From positions 434,001-498,000 of the forward strand of contig CALSSD010000005.1 of assembly GCA_943788915.1 (NCBI GenBank): a stretch of DNA of 64,000 bases, given 5' to 3'. Source of the DNA: an uncultured Acidimicrobiales bacterium. Its GTDB lineage: Bacteria; Actinomycetota; Acidimicrobiia; Acidimicrobiales; UBA10347. Below are positions 1 through 12,853 of the stretch, one piece after another. A program made the position numbers and the translations under genes. The stretch's first letter is position 1. Every line of letters starts with the position of its first letter. The notes beneath the pieces are model-generated. The model searched no databases. It saw only the letters and a list, made by a program, of their open reading frames with translations, and was not told the DNA's origin.

Positions 1-57
1 ACCTAGTAACGGTAGCGCTCAAAGGGAAGACCCGACAGTGAATTAGAACACAGTGTC

Positions 58-356
58 TCACCGCTCCGCTCAGGCCGACGTTCGTCGGACACGGTCTGCC
101 TGTTTCTGGTCAGCTCCTCCGTCGCCTGCCGCCCGCTCGTCCCTCGCTCCCACCCGCCAGTCACCGCTCCGCTCAGGCCGACGTTCGTCGGACACGGTCT
201 GCCTGTTTCTGGTCAGCTCCTCCGTCGCCTGCCGCCCGCTCGTCCCTCGCTCCCACCCGCCAGTCACCGCTCCGCTCAGGCCGACGTTCGTCGGACACGG
301 TCTGCCTGTTTCTGGTCAGCTCCTCCGTCGCCTGCCGCCCGCTCGTCCCTCGCTCC
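58..356. repeat. Tandem array, ~3 x 103 bp, of modular hairpin element
   Basis: Identical units begin at 58, 161, 264 (TCACCGCTCCGCTCAGGCCGACGTTCGTCGGACACGG...); third copy lacks its last ~10 bp. Confidence 0.97.
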
Positions 357-414
357 GACCGCGTTATGCGCGATATGAGGCTCACAGATCGGGGATTTGG
401 ATTGACCCGGCGGG

Positions 415-675
415 CTAGTCGTCTTTGAGCGCCACGGCGTTGGGGGTTACGTTCATCTTGGGTTCGTAGGCAGCGGCTGCTTCGCCGGTTGCTTCGCCCT
501 GCTGACTGGCCTTGAGTTCGGCGATGCAGTCCTGGCACGGAGCGTAGGAGTCCGCGGCCATGGTCTTCTCGCACCGGGGGCACGGGTACGACGACAGATC
601 GAACTGCGTACGCTCGGGAAATACCGTTGGTGCAGGCTTGACGACCTCGGTGGCGCTCTTGTCTGCGGTACTCAT
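415..675 (-). CDS. Small hypothetical protein with CxxC...CxxC (possible Zn binding)
   Basis: 86 aa ORF with CPRC and CQDC; co-oriented behind DUF3501 gene. Confidence 0.7.
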   Translation of the reverse strand: MSTADKSATEVVKPAPTVFPERTQFDLSSYPCPRCEKTMAADSYAPCQDCIAELKASQQGEATGEAAAAYEPKMNVTPNAVALKDD

Positions 676-705
676 ATCTCGCCGCTGCTCATACTTTGAT
701 GGTGC

Positions 706-1266
706 TCATAGTCGTGCGAGGTCCTCGGTGAGTGCAGCGATCTGTTCTGACGTGAACGTCACGTTCGACTCTAGACCTTCGAAGTCGGTTCCGATGGCAA
801 CCGGCGTTTGGCCCTCGACCTGGAAGCGCAGGTACTGCACTGCGCTGATTCGGTCATCGCCAACCTGTGCCGGATCGAAGGTCGCGAAGACCTTGCTGCC
901 GTCGGCGAACGAGACGTACAGCCGCGCTTGTAGGCCACGCCATTCAGTGAGCAGCCGAGACCGTTCGTCGGCATCGGGGACCTCGACCAGCAGCACACAA
1001 CCGATATCGCCGGGGCTCCCAAGCAGTGCGTTATACGTGTCGATCTCGTGCACGATGTCGGCCTCGCGTACGATTCGCTCGACCCGCATGATCTCTTGGA
1101 TCTGGTAACGAAGCGTGTCCCGATTTTCGAAGAGGACGGTCAGGTTCTCGTGCAGATGCACCCGACGCGGCTTCTTCGCCGCCATCGCCAGCGGTCGACT
1201 CGCTACCCGGTTGTCTTCGTAGGTGGCGAAGTCAACGATGTCGTTTCGCTCAACCAGACGTCGCAT
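706..1266 (-). CDS. DUF3501 family protein
   Basis: [19 protein letters not shown] and SAVQYLRF motifs; adjacent to rubrerythrin. Confidence 0.88.
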   Translation of the reverse strand: MRRLVERNDIVDFATYEDNRVASRPLAMAAKKPRRVHLHENLTVLFENRDTLRYQIQEIMRVERIVREADIVHEIDTYNALLGSPGDIGCVLLVEVPDADERSRLLTEWRGLQARLYVSFADGSKVFATFDPAQVGDDRISAVQYLRFQVEGQTPVAIGTDFEGLESNVTFTSEQIAALTEDLARL

Positions 1267-1268
1267 GT

Positions 1269-1688
1269 TCAGCCCAGGAACTCGAGCATCTGCTCGAAAC
1301 GACCGGCATGGGACTTCTCGGCCTTGGCCAGAATCTCGAACCAGTCGGCGATGTCATCGAAGCCTTCGTCGCGTGCCGTCTTGGCGAAGGCTGGATACAT
1401 CTCGGTGTATTCGTGGGTTTCGGCCGTGATCGAAGCCCGCAGATTATCGGCCGTCGTACCGATTGGTTCACCGGTTACGGGATCGCCGACTGGCTGCAAA
1501 TAATCGAGATGCCCATGGGCATGACCGGTTTCGCCATCGGCAGTCGAGCGGAATCCAGCAGCGATATCTTCCTGGCCTTCGGCGTCGGCAACCTTGGCGA
1601 AGTAGAGGTAACGCCGGTTCGCTTGAGACTCGCCAGCAAACGCGGCTTTGAGGTTGTCATGGGTCTGCGATCCAGCAAGTTCGGCCAT
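1269..1688 (-). CDS. Rubrerythrin (short type, no rubredoxin domain)
   Basis: [30 protein letters not shown] di-iron motifs; start moved to ATG at 1688. Confidence 0.93.
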   Translation of the reverse strand: MAELAGSQTHDNLKAAFAGESQANRRYLYFAKVADAEGQEDIAAGFRSTADGETGHAHGHLDYLQPVGDPVTGEPIGTTADNLRASITAETHEYTEMYPAFAKTARDEGFDDIADWFEILAKAEKSHAGRFEQMLEFLG

Positions 1689-1811
1689 GCCCCCAACGTA
1701 TCCATCCGAAGCCCACCATGACAGGCTCACCACGACTTGGTCGTCCAAACATGGCTGCACCGCATGAGGTACAACCCAGGGCTGCCTGGCCTACTACCCA
1801 CGACGACCCGC

Positions 1812-1851
1812 GAAAAAGCCCCGCCGGAACCTCGCGGTTCCGACGGGGCTT
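1812..1851 (-). terminator. Intrinsic terminator downstream of katG
   Basis: AAGCCCCG..CGGAACC / GGTTCCG..CGGGGCTT stem followed by a T run on the minus strand. Confidence 0.8.
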
Positions 1852-1968
1852 CATTCACGAACTACTCACGTCAAGCAGTATTCGCTAACCCAGGTAGCGC
1901 AGCGGTCCGGGACCGCAGACGCTCAGGCTAGAAAACAGCCATTCGGCGCCCCAGCGCCGCATGGCGTA

Positions 1969-4131
<2,163 letters not shown>

Positions 4132-4173
4132 TTACTCAGAATTTTGGGGGTTATTACTAGAAAGGTTTGTGCG

Positions 4174-4590
4174 TTACTTGGTGCGGCACGAGGGACAACG
4201 TCCCCAGTACACAACTTCGGCTTCGTCGATCTCGAAGCCGTGATCATCATCGGCGGTTAAACACGGTGTGTCGCCAACAGCGCAATCTATGTCGAACATA
4301 ACATTGCAGTCACGACAGACAAGATGGTGATGGTTATCGCCAACGCGGTCTTCGTAGCGGGCAACGGATCCAGCAGGCTGGATTCGACGAATCAGACTCT
4401 TCTCGACGAAGACACTCAAGGTGTCGTACACCGCTTGGCGAGAGATTGAACCAATGCGCACTCGTACGGCGTCGACCAGTTCGTCGGTCGTTGCATGTGG
4501 ATGTGCGGAAACGGCTTCGGCAATCGCCAATCGTTGCGCGGTTACGTGGACACCACGGTCGCGCATCTCTTGTTCGGCAGCCCCACTCAC
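4174..4590 (-). CDS. furA: Fur family transcriptional regulator
   Basis: RVGDNHHHLVCRDC and YWGRCPSC; directly upstream of katG. Confidence 0.93.
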   Translation of the reverse strand: MSGAAEQEMRDRGVHVTAQRLAIAEAVSAHPHATTDELVDAVRVRIGSISRQAVYDTLSVFVEKSLIRRIQPAGSVARYEDRVGDNHHHLVCRDCNVMFDIDCAVGDTPCLTADDDHGFEIDEAEVVYWGRCPSCRTK

Positions 4591-4606
4591 CTATGCCACT
4601 CAAACA

Positions 4607-4640
4607 GGTTTTCTGTACTGAGTCAAGAACTTGATTCAGT
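4607..4640 (-). promoter_or_regulatory. Probable furA promoter / FurA autoregulatory site
   Basis: Inverted repeat CTGAGTCAAG-AA-CTTGATTCAG overlapping a minus-strand TTGACT -35-like hexamer just upstream of furA. Confidence 0.65.
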
Positions 4641-4651
4641 CCGCAACTTGC

Positions 4652-5716
4652 TCAAACGGTACGAGCGAGTTCCTGGCGGACCCGAGGCAGCACTTCGGTG
4701 CCAAGCAACTCAATACATTCCATCGCATGGTCCACGTTTGAGCCGGGCCAGGTCACCCGCATGGTCAGATGTGTGAGCCCGACAACCCGATGCTGAGCGA
4801 CAAGACCTGCGACCACCTCGTCGGGGTTGCCGACGACGAAACGATCCTCGGCAAGCTCGGCAAATTGTTGTTCAACCGATGCCGATGGGCCAGCATCAGC
4901 GTCGTCAAGCCCATTGTCGTCAAGCCCATTGTCTTGCAACCCCCACGAGGCATACGCCGCGTACTTGGTCAACAGATGGGGAGCGACTCGACGATGCGCC
5001 TCGGCGCTGTCGTGATGGCAGAACACTTCGATCAAACGCCCGGCCTCGGTCGCGGGCGGCAAGCCAGCTTCGGCTCGTGCCGTATCGAACATGTCGAACT
5101 GGCGCCGGACCTCGGGAGTGGTGGCGTTGGGCATGGCCATGAAGGCATCACCAAGGCGTCCCGCTCGTTTGATCGCCCGGTCAGCGCTGGCGCCAATCCA
5201 TATCGGCACGCCACCGACCTGGGCTGGCGCTGGTCGCACCGTTGCCCCCGACAGCGAATACCACTCGGTCTCATGGGTCACGTCACGTTCGGTCCACAGC
5301 CGGCGAATGATCTCGACGCCATCGACGAAACGCGCAAGACGGTCTTCCATCTTCACACCAAATGCGTCGAATTCTTCCTGGCGATAGCCCTGACCAAGCG
5401 TGAGAATGAAACGCCCACCACAGAGCTGGTCGATCAGCGCAACCTGCTCGGCGATATCAACCGGCGGGTGCAGCGGCAACAGCACCAGGTTCGTCCCCAG
5501 ATCCATGTCCCCGCTGTAGGCAGCCAGATGCGACAACAGCGCCAGTTGGGAGAAGAAGTGGAAGCCGTCGGTCAGATGATGTTCGCCGGCCCAGATCGAA
5601 TCGAAACCCAACCGCTCGGCCGACTTGACTTGCTCCACGATCGCCCGCAGGTGCTGACCCGCATCCTCGTCCTCGGGATGTTGCGAGTTCAGGTAGATAC
5701 CCATTTTCAGCGTCAT
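4652..5716 (-). CDS. LLM-class flavin-dependent oxidoreductase
   Basis: GFDSIWAGEHH, HPPVDIAEQVALIDQLCGGRFILTLGQGYR. Confidence 0.92.
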   Translation of the reverse strand: MTLKMGIYLNSQHPEDEDAGQHLRAIVEQVKSAERLGFDSIWAGEHHLTDGFHFFSQLALLSHLAAYSGDMDLGTNLVLLPLHPPVDIAEQVALIDQLCGGRFILTLGQGYRQEEFDAFGVKMEDRLARFVDGVEIIRRLWTERDVTHETEWYSLSGATVRPAPAQVGGVPIWIGASADRAIKRAGRLGDAFMAMPNATTPEVRRQFDMFDTARAEAGLPPATEAGRLIEVFCHHDSAEAHRRVAPHLLTKYAAYASWGLQDNGLDDNGLDDADAGPSASVEQQFAELAEDRFVVGNPDEVVAGLVAQHRVVGLTHLTMRVTWPGSNVDHAMECIELLGTEVLPRVRQELARTV

Positions 5717-5832
5717 GATGCCCCCTTCACATGTTTATTCTGTGCTGACGTTAACCCACGTGCGCCAACAAGCACACGTGAGTCCTATGCGCCTACGAAA
5801 AGTTACCTCCCCAGGGGAAGTAACTTTTGCTC

Positions 5833-6216
5833 CTAGAACTCGGCTTTGGCTCCGACGACGGCGTCGAGAACATCTTGTTCGTCGAGGATGTCGATGAGTT
5901 CATCGTCGGCGCCGGGCAGGATAAGGCCGATTGCGTAGCCACTGATTGCGCCAACAGCGGTGAACATCACCCACATGAGCGTGTCGAGTGGCCAAATGCG
6001 CAGCGCCAAGAATGCCACCGCAAGTGTGAGGCCAGCGCCGGCAGTCGATCGGGACACCTTCACCAAAACCATCTCGTGTGCCGGCCAATACCCCCAAGTG
6101 GAACTGCTCGTCAATCGCAAGATCGGTGGCGCCCGAGGCGAAGCGAACATCATCAACCGGCTGGCGCTAACTGGCGGTGCGTTGACGCTCCTCCTCATTG
6201 GAGTGCCCGGGATCAT
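5833..6216 (-). CDS. Small membrane protein (start uncertain)
   Basis: Two hydrophobic segments and an acidic tail. Confidence 0.5.
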   Translation of the reverse strand: MIPGTPMRRSVNAPPVSASRLMMFASPRAPPILRLTSSSTWGYWPAHEMVLVKVSRSTAGAGLTLAVAFLALRIWPLDTLMWVMFTAVGAISGYAIGLILPGADDELIDILDEQDVLDAVVGAKAEF

Positions 6217-6343
6217 CTCTCCCAGCGAGGCAAAGTCATAGCCGAGTAAACCAGCATTTCTGTCCCACTTACAGCTCTAGTACACGTCTCGTGCCATCTC
6301 CTGCCCGATTCAGCACTACGATCCTTTTTGCGAAGGGGCTTGC

Positions 6344-7381
6344 ATGTATCCGACCGTGAAGGTGACCCAACCGGGCCGCTCAGATCTCTATCTCACGATT
6401 GCCGAGCCATTAGTTATCGGCCGCGAATGTGATGGCCTGCTTCTGGCCGACGAAAAAGTGTCGCGCGAGCACCTCAGGCTTAACCCTGCGGGCGGTGGTG
6501 TTCTCGTAACCGATCTGGGCAGCACCAACGGGTCATTCCTCGACCAGATCCGGATTACTGGCGAAGCCACCCTGGGTGCCGGTTCGCATCTGACGCTCGG
6601 CGACACCACAATCGTTGTCGAAACCCCTCGCCCGCCTGCCGCAGTGAGCCAACCCACCCGCCGCGATATTGGCGGCACCATCGTGGCAACGATCAATCCG
6701 GGCAGCACGAACAACCCGCATCCTGGACCCTCCGGACTCCGCAGCAGCGACCAGGTCGTACGGCCGTCGCCTGCAGCCGAAGAGACTCGCCGCACGAGCA
6801 TGGACGAACTGGTTGCCAGCTTCGGTGATCAGATATCGCTGCCAAGTGGCAGCGGCGACGACACCGTCACCATCATGTTCAGCGACATCGAATCGTCGAC
6901 CGAACATGCCCTGCGCTCTGGGGACCATCGCTGGTACGAGATCCTGACCTGGCACAACCAACTCGTCGAGCAGCAGGTCGCGGCCCATGCCGGATTCATT
7001 GTGAAGAACCAGGGCGACGGGTTCATGATCACCTTCAACAGCGCCCGTCGCGCCATCATCTGCGCCAGCGAAATCCAACAAGCGCTCCATCGTCAGGCTG
7101 TCGCGGATCCCGTCAATGCGGTGCGGATCCGGATCGGAATGCATACCGGCGAGGCAATCCGCCAGGACTCTGGCGATCTGTTTGGACGCCATGTCATCAT
7201 CGCTGCCCGAGTTGGAGCTATGGCCGAGGGCGGCCAGATCCTGGTTTCATCTATCGTCCGCGAGATTGCGTCTGCCCGAGGCGATCTACACTTTGGCCAC
7301 GGCGAACTCGTCGAACTCAAGGGGGTCGGTGACCAGATGGTCTATCCGGTGCTCTGGGGCGCTGAGCTCCCCACGAAGTAG
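6344..7381 (+). CDS. FHA domain + class III adenylate/guanylate cyclase
   Basis: FHA motifs (IGR, VSREH, DLGSTNGS); cyclase motifs (MFSDIESST, KNQGDGFM, RIGMHTGE, DLFGRHVIIAAR). Confidence 0.92.
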   Translation: MYPTVKVTQPGRSDLYLTIAEPLVIGRECDGLLLADEKVSREHLRLNPAGGGVLVTDLGSTNGSFLDQIRITGEATLGAGSHLTLGDTTIVVETPRPPAAVSQPTRRDIGGTIVATINPGSTNNPHPGPSGLRSSDQVVRPSPAAEETRRTSMDELVASFGDQISLPSGSGDDTVTIMFSDIESSTEHALRSGDHRWYEILTWHNQLVEQQVAAHAGFIVKNQGDGFMITFNSARRAIICASEIQQALHRQAVADPVNAVRIRIGMHTGEAIRQDSGDLFGRHVIIAARVGAMAEGGQILVSSIVREIASARGDLHFGHGELVELKGVGDQMVYPVLWGAELPTK

Positions 7382-7452
7382 CCCGACAACCAACGCCGAA
7401 GCATGTCTAGCGGCCGACGCTGGCGAAGGTGATCCGCTTCAAATAACCGGTA

Positions 7453-8387
7453 TTAACCGTTTCGTTTTCGTGTTGGGCTGACCCGATTGGGATGCCAACG
7501 AAGGTCGCCGACCTCGAACGGGGCCGTCAGATCTACTTCGGCGATCTGTTTGGACTGCACAGGCTGAGCATCCACCGTGACCGAGACTGAGTCACCGGCA
7601 ACGGGATCGGAACCGAGGCCATTCAATGCGAACAATGCCGCTAACGCAAGCCCAAAAAGCGCAAGCACCACTGGCAATGCGGGCGAGTGGGGTGATTGGA
7701 ACCGGATCATCGGTCAGGCGAGCGGTAGCCATAGACATGGCATTGACTGCATGCGGAAACGGCAACGCGCCCGTGAGCATCTCGTAGAGCATTGCGCACG
7801 ACGCGTAGACATCGGCTTGTGGCCCGCAGGTACGGCCTTCGGCTTGCTCGGGCGACATATACGCTGGCGTGCCAACGATTGCGCCTTCCATGGTGCCCAT
7901 GGTCTCTCTGCCCGTAAGCACTTGAGCAATGCCAAAGTCCGTGACTTTAAGCTGCCAGTCGTGGGTAAAAATCAGGTTTTCGGGCTTGATATCGCGGTGC
8001 ATGATGCCCTTGCCATGGGCATGGTGCACGCCAGAGAGCGTGGCCAGTACCAGGCCACAGGCACGAGGTGCGGCCAGGCCGTGACGCAAGAACTGCTCCC
8101 TTAGCTGTCGTTTGGCAGACGTTCCATGACCAGTGCTAGGTGGCCGTCGCTGTCCACGAAATCATGATGGCAAACATGTCGGGGGATCGAGCGCTGCGAC
8201 AACAGGAGCCTTAGTCAAGAACCGTTCCCGAACGCTGTCGCCGGCAGCGAAGGAGGCAGTTCCTTGATGACGGCCAGACGGTCAAGCGCTCGGTGGCGCC
8301 CAGGTAAACGACGCCCATGGCACCGCGCCCAAGTTCTTGCGTGATCTCGTAATCAGGCAATGCTGCCGGTAACGCGTCGCTGCCCAC
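7453..8387 (-). pseudogene. Frameshifted Hanks-type Ser/Thr protein kinase
   Basis: YEITQELGRGAMGVVY at the 5' end; HRDIKPEN, DFG and GTPAYMSPEQ in 7592-8089; TM segment in another frame; several frame breaks. Confidence 0.85.
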
Positions 8388-8424
8388 TAGCTCCGCCTTG
8401 ATCTACTACCCAAGCGTATGGTGG

Positions 8425-8619
8425 TTATTCTGCGATCTCAATGGCGTATTCAGGACAGTTATCCACGCAGAGTTGCGCCTTGTCGTGCAACTCTGCAGGG
8501 ATCTCACCCTCGATCTTGAGCACTGCGTAGCCCTCGTCGTCGACGTCGAAAATCTCGGGGGCCAACATGTAGCAGCGGTTATGCCCTTGGCAGAGTTCGC
8601 GGTTGTAATTGATCTTCAT
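8425..8619 (-). CDS. Ferredoxin (3Fe-4S type, P450 partner)
   Basis: CQGHNRC...CPEYAI. Confidence 0.92.
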   Translation of the reverse strand: MKINYNRELCQGHNRCYMLAPEIFDVDDEGYAVLKIEGEIPAELHDKAQLCVDNCPEYAIEIAE

Positions 8620-8689
8620 AGAAACCCCTTTTACTCAAGCACAGCCAAGCCCGCTGGCCTGATCGAGTATCGCACGTACGCGCCCGACG

Positions 8690-9916
8690 CTATACGTTCG
8701 TCTTCACAGAAACAGGAAGTTCGCGTGGACCCCGGATCTGGCCGGTCGAGAACCGGACGTTCGCCGGGTCAACCAACGAGAAGTCGCGGATGCGGTCGAC
8801 GAACACATCGAGCGCCACAGATAGTTCCATCCTGGCCAGATTCGACCCGAGACATCGATGAATACCAAGGCCGAATGCGCCATGGCGGTTCTTCTGCCGA
8901 TCGATGACAAATTTGTCGGCGTCCTCGAATGCTTCGGGGTCTCGGTTGCCTGCTGGGAATGGCAGCAGCAACCAGTCGTCCTTTTTCATTGGACAACCCT
9001 GTAGTTCATGATCTTCAGCGACCATGCGAGCCATGGTCACCGGCGCATAGGCCCGCAAGAACTCTTCGACAGCGAACGGGCGCACCTCTGGGTCATCACG
9101 GAAACGAGCAAGGTCGTTCGGATGCTGCGCAAGGTGCCAAATCGCTGAACCAATCGAGGACCAGGTGGTATCGATTCCGGCAACAAGCAGCAGGACAACC
9201 GTGCCTCGAACATGTTCAGGCGCCAGCGCCTCGCCGAAGATCTCGACGTTCAGGAGATGGTCGATGAGATCGCCTTCGCCCGGTGGTTTGGGGTTGGCCT
9301 TACGTTTTGCGATCTGCTGGTCGAAATACCACTCAACCGTTTCCTCTTCGGGGATCTCACGTTGGACAGGATTCTCGATGATGTTGTGAATGAAGCGGCG
9401 GAAGACCGGACCGTCTTCAGCCGGTAGTCCCAACATTTGGGCGATGACCTTGACCGGGATGTTCTGCGAATAGCCGATGGCTGCGTCGAACCAGCCCTGT
9501 TCATTCGACGTCTCCAGCGCGGCATCGACCAGCGAATGGCAATACTCGCGGGTGAAAGGCTCCAACGCCTGCACCTTGCGAGGCGCGAACGGTCCGAGCA
9601 GCAACTTGCGGGCCGGCGCATGGAATGGCGGGTCGCTGGTGATCGGCGGTGCGTAGCCAATCGGCGCAGGAATGTCAGGTCGAACCTCGCTCACGACTAC
9701 GCCACGGCTTGTGTAGAGACCGTCCTTGTTCGCAGCGATGGCGGCAATGTCTTCGTGGCGAGTGGGCATCCACATGCCACCGAATCGATCGCTGTGAGCA
9801 ATCGGACATTCCTCTCGAAGGTCGTCCCAGATCTGATGGGCGTTTGCCGCATAGTCGGGGTGGGTGTGGTCGAAGTCTGTCGTCCAGTCTTCCACCGGTG
9901 CCTTTTTTGCGTCCAC
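8690..9916 (-). CDS. Cytochrome P450
   Basis: AGIDTT, EEFLR, FGLGIHRCLG heme-ligand motif. Confidence 0.97.
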   Translation of the reverse strand: MDAKKAPVEDWTTDFDHTHPDYAANAHQIWDDLREECPIAHSDRFGGMWMPTRHEDIAAIAANKDGLYTSRGVVVSEVRPDIPAPIGYAPPITSDPPFHAPARKLLLGPFAPRKVQALEPFTREYCHSLVDAALETSNEQGWFDAAIGYSQNIPVKVIAQMLGLPAEDGPVFRRFIHNIIENPVQREIPEEETVEWYFDQQIAKRKANPKPPGEGDLIDHLLNVEIFGEALAPEHVRGTVVLLLVAGIDTTWSSIGSAIWHLAQHPNDLARFRDDPEVRPFAVEEFLRAYAPVTMARMVAEDHELQGCPMKKDDWLLLPFPAGNRDPEAFEDADKFVIDRQKNRHGAFGLGIHRCLGSNLARMELSVALDVFVDRIRDFSLVDPANVRFSTGQIRGPRELPVSVKTNV

Positions 9917-9963
9917 AAATTTCCCCTACGCCGCTCGATCGACCGGCGGCATGACGATTCAGC

Positions 9964-9987
9964 GCGCAATAACCGCTGTTATTGCGC
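9964..9987. promoter_or_regulatory. Palindromic operator candidate upstream of P450
   Basis: Perfect inverted repeat GCGCAATAAC-CGCT-GTTATTGCGC about 50 bp from the start codon. Confidence 0.55.
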
Positions 9988-10315
9988 CTCCGAAGCATAG
10001 TCCCGCGTCGAGTCGGCTGCGTTTTGTACATCCTCACACCGCACCCTGCGTTCATGACCAGTAATGCGCAGTTAATGGTCATGCGCGATACTCGGCAAAG
10101 CAACACAACATAGGAACAGACGTGAGTATCTCGGCGGAAACCCACACCCATCCACACACAGCGACGCACATGGCGGGTCGCTTTTACGGAGACAACCGAA
10201 CACCACCAACGTCGGCATGGGTAGGAACTCGTTCACACGCCACAACTCCACAAGTTGAGCCCTAGTTAGGCCGCCATCGTCATTATCGAGGCTGGTCCGA
10301 TGATGACACAACAGC

Positions 10316-12853
10316 TCAGGCAGCAACGGCAGCTTCGCCTTGGGTGACGATGAACGAAGCACCCTCGACCTCGAAATCTGCAGCTGGGTCGACGTCGACG
10401 AGCACGGTGGAACCTTCGGGGAAGGTGCCTTCGAGCACGGCGAGCGCAATTCGATCACCAAGCTCACGCTGGATGACCCGCTTGAGCGGGCGGGCACCAA
10501 AGGCAGGTTCATAACCCAGTTCGGCGATCTTGACCCGAGCGGCAGCGGTCACATCGAGGACCAGTCTGCGTTCAGCCAATCGGCCTGCGAGTCCAGCGAG
10601 CTGAATATCTACGATCCGCTCCAAGTCAACAAGCTCAAGTGGCGTGAATCGAACAATGTCATCGATCCGGTTCACGAACTCTGGCTTGAAGTAATCCTTG
10701 GGATCAATCGGAAGATTGCTGGTCATGATCAACACCACATTCGTGAAGTCGACCGTGCGACCTTGACCATCGGTCAGACGTCCATCGTCGAGCAACTGCA
10801 GCAGCACATTGAACACGTCGGCATGAGCCTTCTCGATCTCGTCGAGCAGCACAACCGAGTATGGACGGCGGCGGACGGCTTCGGTGAGCTGGCCACCCTC
10901 GTCGTAACCGACGTAACCAGGGGGCGCTCCGATCAGGCGACTAACGGAGTGTTTCTCCATGTACTCGCTCATGTCGATACGGACCATCGCTCGTTCGTCG
11001 TCGAAGAGGAAGTCGGCCAACGACCGAGCAAGCTCAGTCTTGCCAACACCGGTCGGGCCGAGGAACATGAACGAACCAATAGGACGGTTCGGGTCACTCA
11101 GACCAGCACGGCTCCGACGAATCGCATTAGCAACCTTGTCGACAGCTTCGTCTTGGCCAATGACACGTTCGTGCAGCACGTCTTCGAGCCGGATGAGCTT
11201 TTGCACCTCACCCTCCATGAGCCGAGACACGGGCACGCCGGTAATACGACTCACGACTTCGGCGATGTCTTCTTCGTCGACCTCTTCTTTGAGCATCTTG
11301 CGATCCTTCTGGAGATCGTCAAGTAGCACGGTCGCCACCTTGATATCGCGTTCGATATCAGGTGTGCGCCCGTAACGGAGTTCGCTGGCCCCAGCAAGAT
11401 CACCGGAACGCTCGAGGTTCTCGGTTTCAATCTTCACCGCCTCGAGTTCCTCCTTGAGATCTCGAATCGACGTGATGGCGTCTTTTTCACCCTGCCAATG
11501 CGCCTGCATGCCAGTCAGGTCTTCATTCAGATTCGCAAGTTCTTCGTCGAGAGACGCGAGCCGCTCACCCGACGCCTTGTCGGTCTCTTTGGCGAGTGCA
11601 ACTCGTTCAATTTCGAGCTGACGGATACGACGATCGACCTGATCGATTTCATCGGGCATCGAATCGATCTCGATACGTAGCTTGGAGCCGGCCTCGTCCA
11701 TGAGGTCGATGGCTTTGTCGGGCAAGAAACGGCCGGTGATGTAACGGTCGCTCAGGATGCCTGCAGCCACCAGGGCAGCATCTTGAATACGAATGCCGTG
11801 GTGGACTTCGTACTTCTCTTTAAGGCCTCGCAAGATGGCAATGGTGGCTTCGACCGACGGCTCCTCGACCAACACCTGCTGGAATCGACGTTCGAGCGCT
11901 GAGTCTTTTTCCACGTACTTGCGGTATTCGTCGAGCGTGGTTGCACCAATCATGCGCAGCTCACCTCGGGCAAGCATTGGCTTGAGCATGTTGCTGGCAT
12001 CCATGGCGCCTTCGGCACCACCAGCGCCAACAACCGTGTGCATCTCATCGATAAAGGTGATCACTTGGCCTTCGGCGTCGACGATCTCCTTGAGCACGGA
12101 TTGCAGCCGTTCTTCGAACTCACCGCGGTACTTAGCCCCTGCCAACATTGCGGCCAGATCCAGTGAAATGACTCGTTTGTTCTTGAGGCCCTCGGGCACG
12201 TCGCCTTCGACGATACGGCGAGCGAGACCTTCGACGATGGCGGTCTTTCCAACACCGGGTTCACCAATAAGTACCGGATTGTTCTTCGTCCGGCGGCTCA
12301 GCACCTGGATCGTGCGCCGGATTTCCTCGTCGCGACCGATGACCGGATCAAGCTTTCCTTCGGCCGCGATCTTGGTCAGATCAGTGCCGTACTTCTCAAG
12401 CGACTGGTACGTGTCTTCGGGGTTCTGACTGGTAACCCGCTGGCTGCCACGGACCTCGGACAACGCTTGCAGCAGCACCTTGGTCTCGACGTCGAGCCGC
12501 TCGTTCATCGCTAACAACAGATGTTCAGTAGAGAGGTATTCGTCGGTGAGATCCTTGCGAGCAATGTCGGCGTTCTCGAAGACCCGCGACAACTCCTTGT
12601 TCATCTGAGGGGCATCGCCGCCGTAGGCGCTAGGCAGTTTGCCAAGGCGATCCTCGATCTTGTTACGCAACGAAAGCGGCGCAACACCAACCCGCTGCAG
12701 CAGCGGGAGTACGAGTCCGTCGGACTGGCCGAGTAGAGCGAGCAGCAGATGATCAGGGGTGAGATTCGGATGGCTACGACTGGTCGCGAGTTCCATCGCC
12801 GTTTGCACGGCTTCGCTGGTTTTGTGGGTCCATTTGCTGGGATCGAGCACCAT
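10316..12853 (-). CDS. clpB: ATP-dependent chaperone ClpB
   Basis: Two Walker A motifs ([16 protein letters not shown]), coiled-coil M domain, GARPL. Confidence 0.98.
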   Translation of the reverse strand: MVLDPSKWTHKTSEAVQTAMELATSRSHPNLTPDHLLLALLGQSDGLVLPLLQRVGVAPLSLRNKIEDRLGKLPSAYGGDAPQMNKELSRVFENADIARKDLTDEYLSTEHLLLAMNERLDVETKVLLQALSEVRGSQRVTSQNPEDTYQSLEKYGTDLTKIAAEGKLDPVIGRDEEIRRTIQVLSRRTKNNPVLIGEPGVGKTAIVEGLARRIVEGDVPEGLKNKRVISLDLAAMLAGAKYRGEFEERLQSVLKEIVDAEGQVITFIDEMHTVVGAGGAEGAMDASNMLKPMLARGELRMIGATTLDEYRKYVEKDSALERRFQQVLVEEPSVEATIAILRGLKEKYEVHHGIRIQDAALVAAGILSDRYITGRFLPDKAIDLMDEAGSKLRIEIDSMPDEIDQVDRRIRQLEIERVALAKETDKASGERLASLDEELANLNEDLTGMQAHWQGEKDAITSIRDLKEELEAVKIETENLERSGDLAGASELRYGRTPDIERDIKVATVLLDDLQKDRKMLKEEVDEEDIAEVVSRITGVPVSRLMEGEVQKLIRLEDVLHERVIGQDEAVDKVANAIRRSRAGLSDPNRPIGSFMFLGPTGVGKTELARSLADFLFDDERAMVRIDMSEYMEKHSVSRLIGAPPGYVGYDEGGQLTEAVRRRPYSVVLLDEIEKAHADVFNVLLQLLDDGRLTDGQGRTVDFTNVVLIMTSNLPIDPKDYFKPEFVNRIDDIVRFTPLELVDLERIVDIQLAGLAGRLAERRLVLDVTAAARVKIAELGYEPAFGARPLKRVIQRELGDRIALAVLEGTFPEGSTVLVDVDPAADFEVEGASFIVTQGEAAVAA

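Noticed and set aside
53..418. ORFs over the repeat arrays (SDERRPERSG-type peptides)
   Set aside because: They are translations of the DNA repeat in several frames with no protein-family signal.
4900..4933. 15 bp tandem duplication in the LLM gene
   Set aside because: In-frame DNGLD duplication in a probable loop; ordinary slippage.
4769..5836. Long antisense ORFs (also 10340-11326, 19131-20069, 61954-63024)
   Set aside because: Shadow frames of well-supported genes, expected in high-GC DNA.
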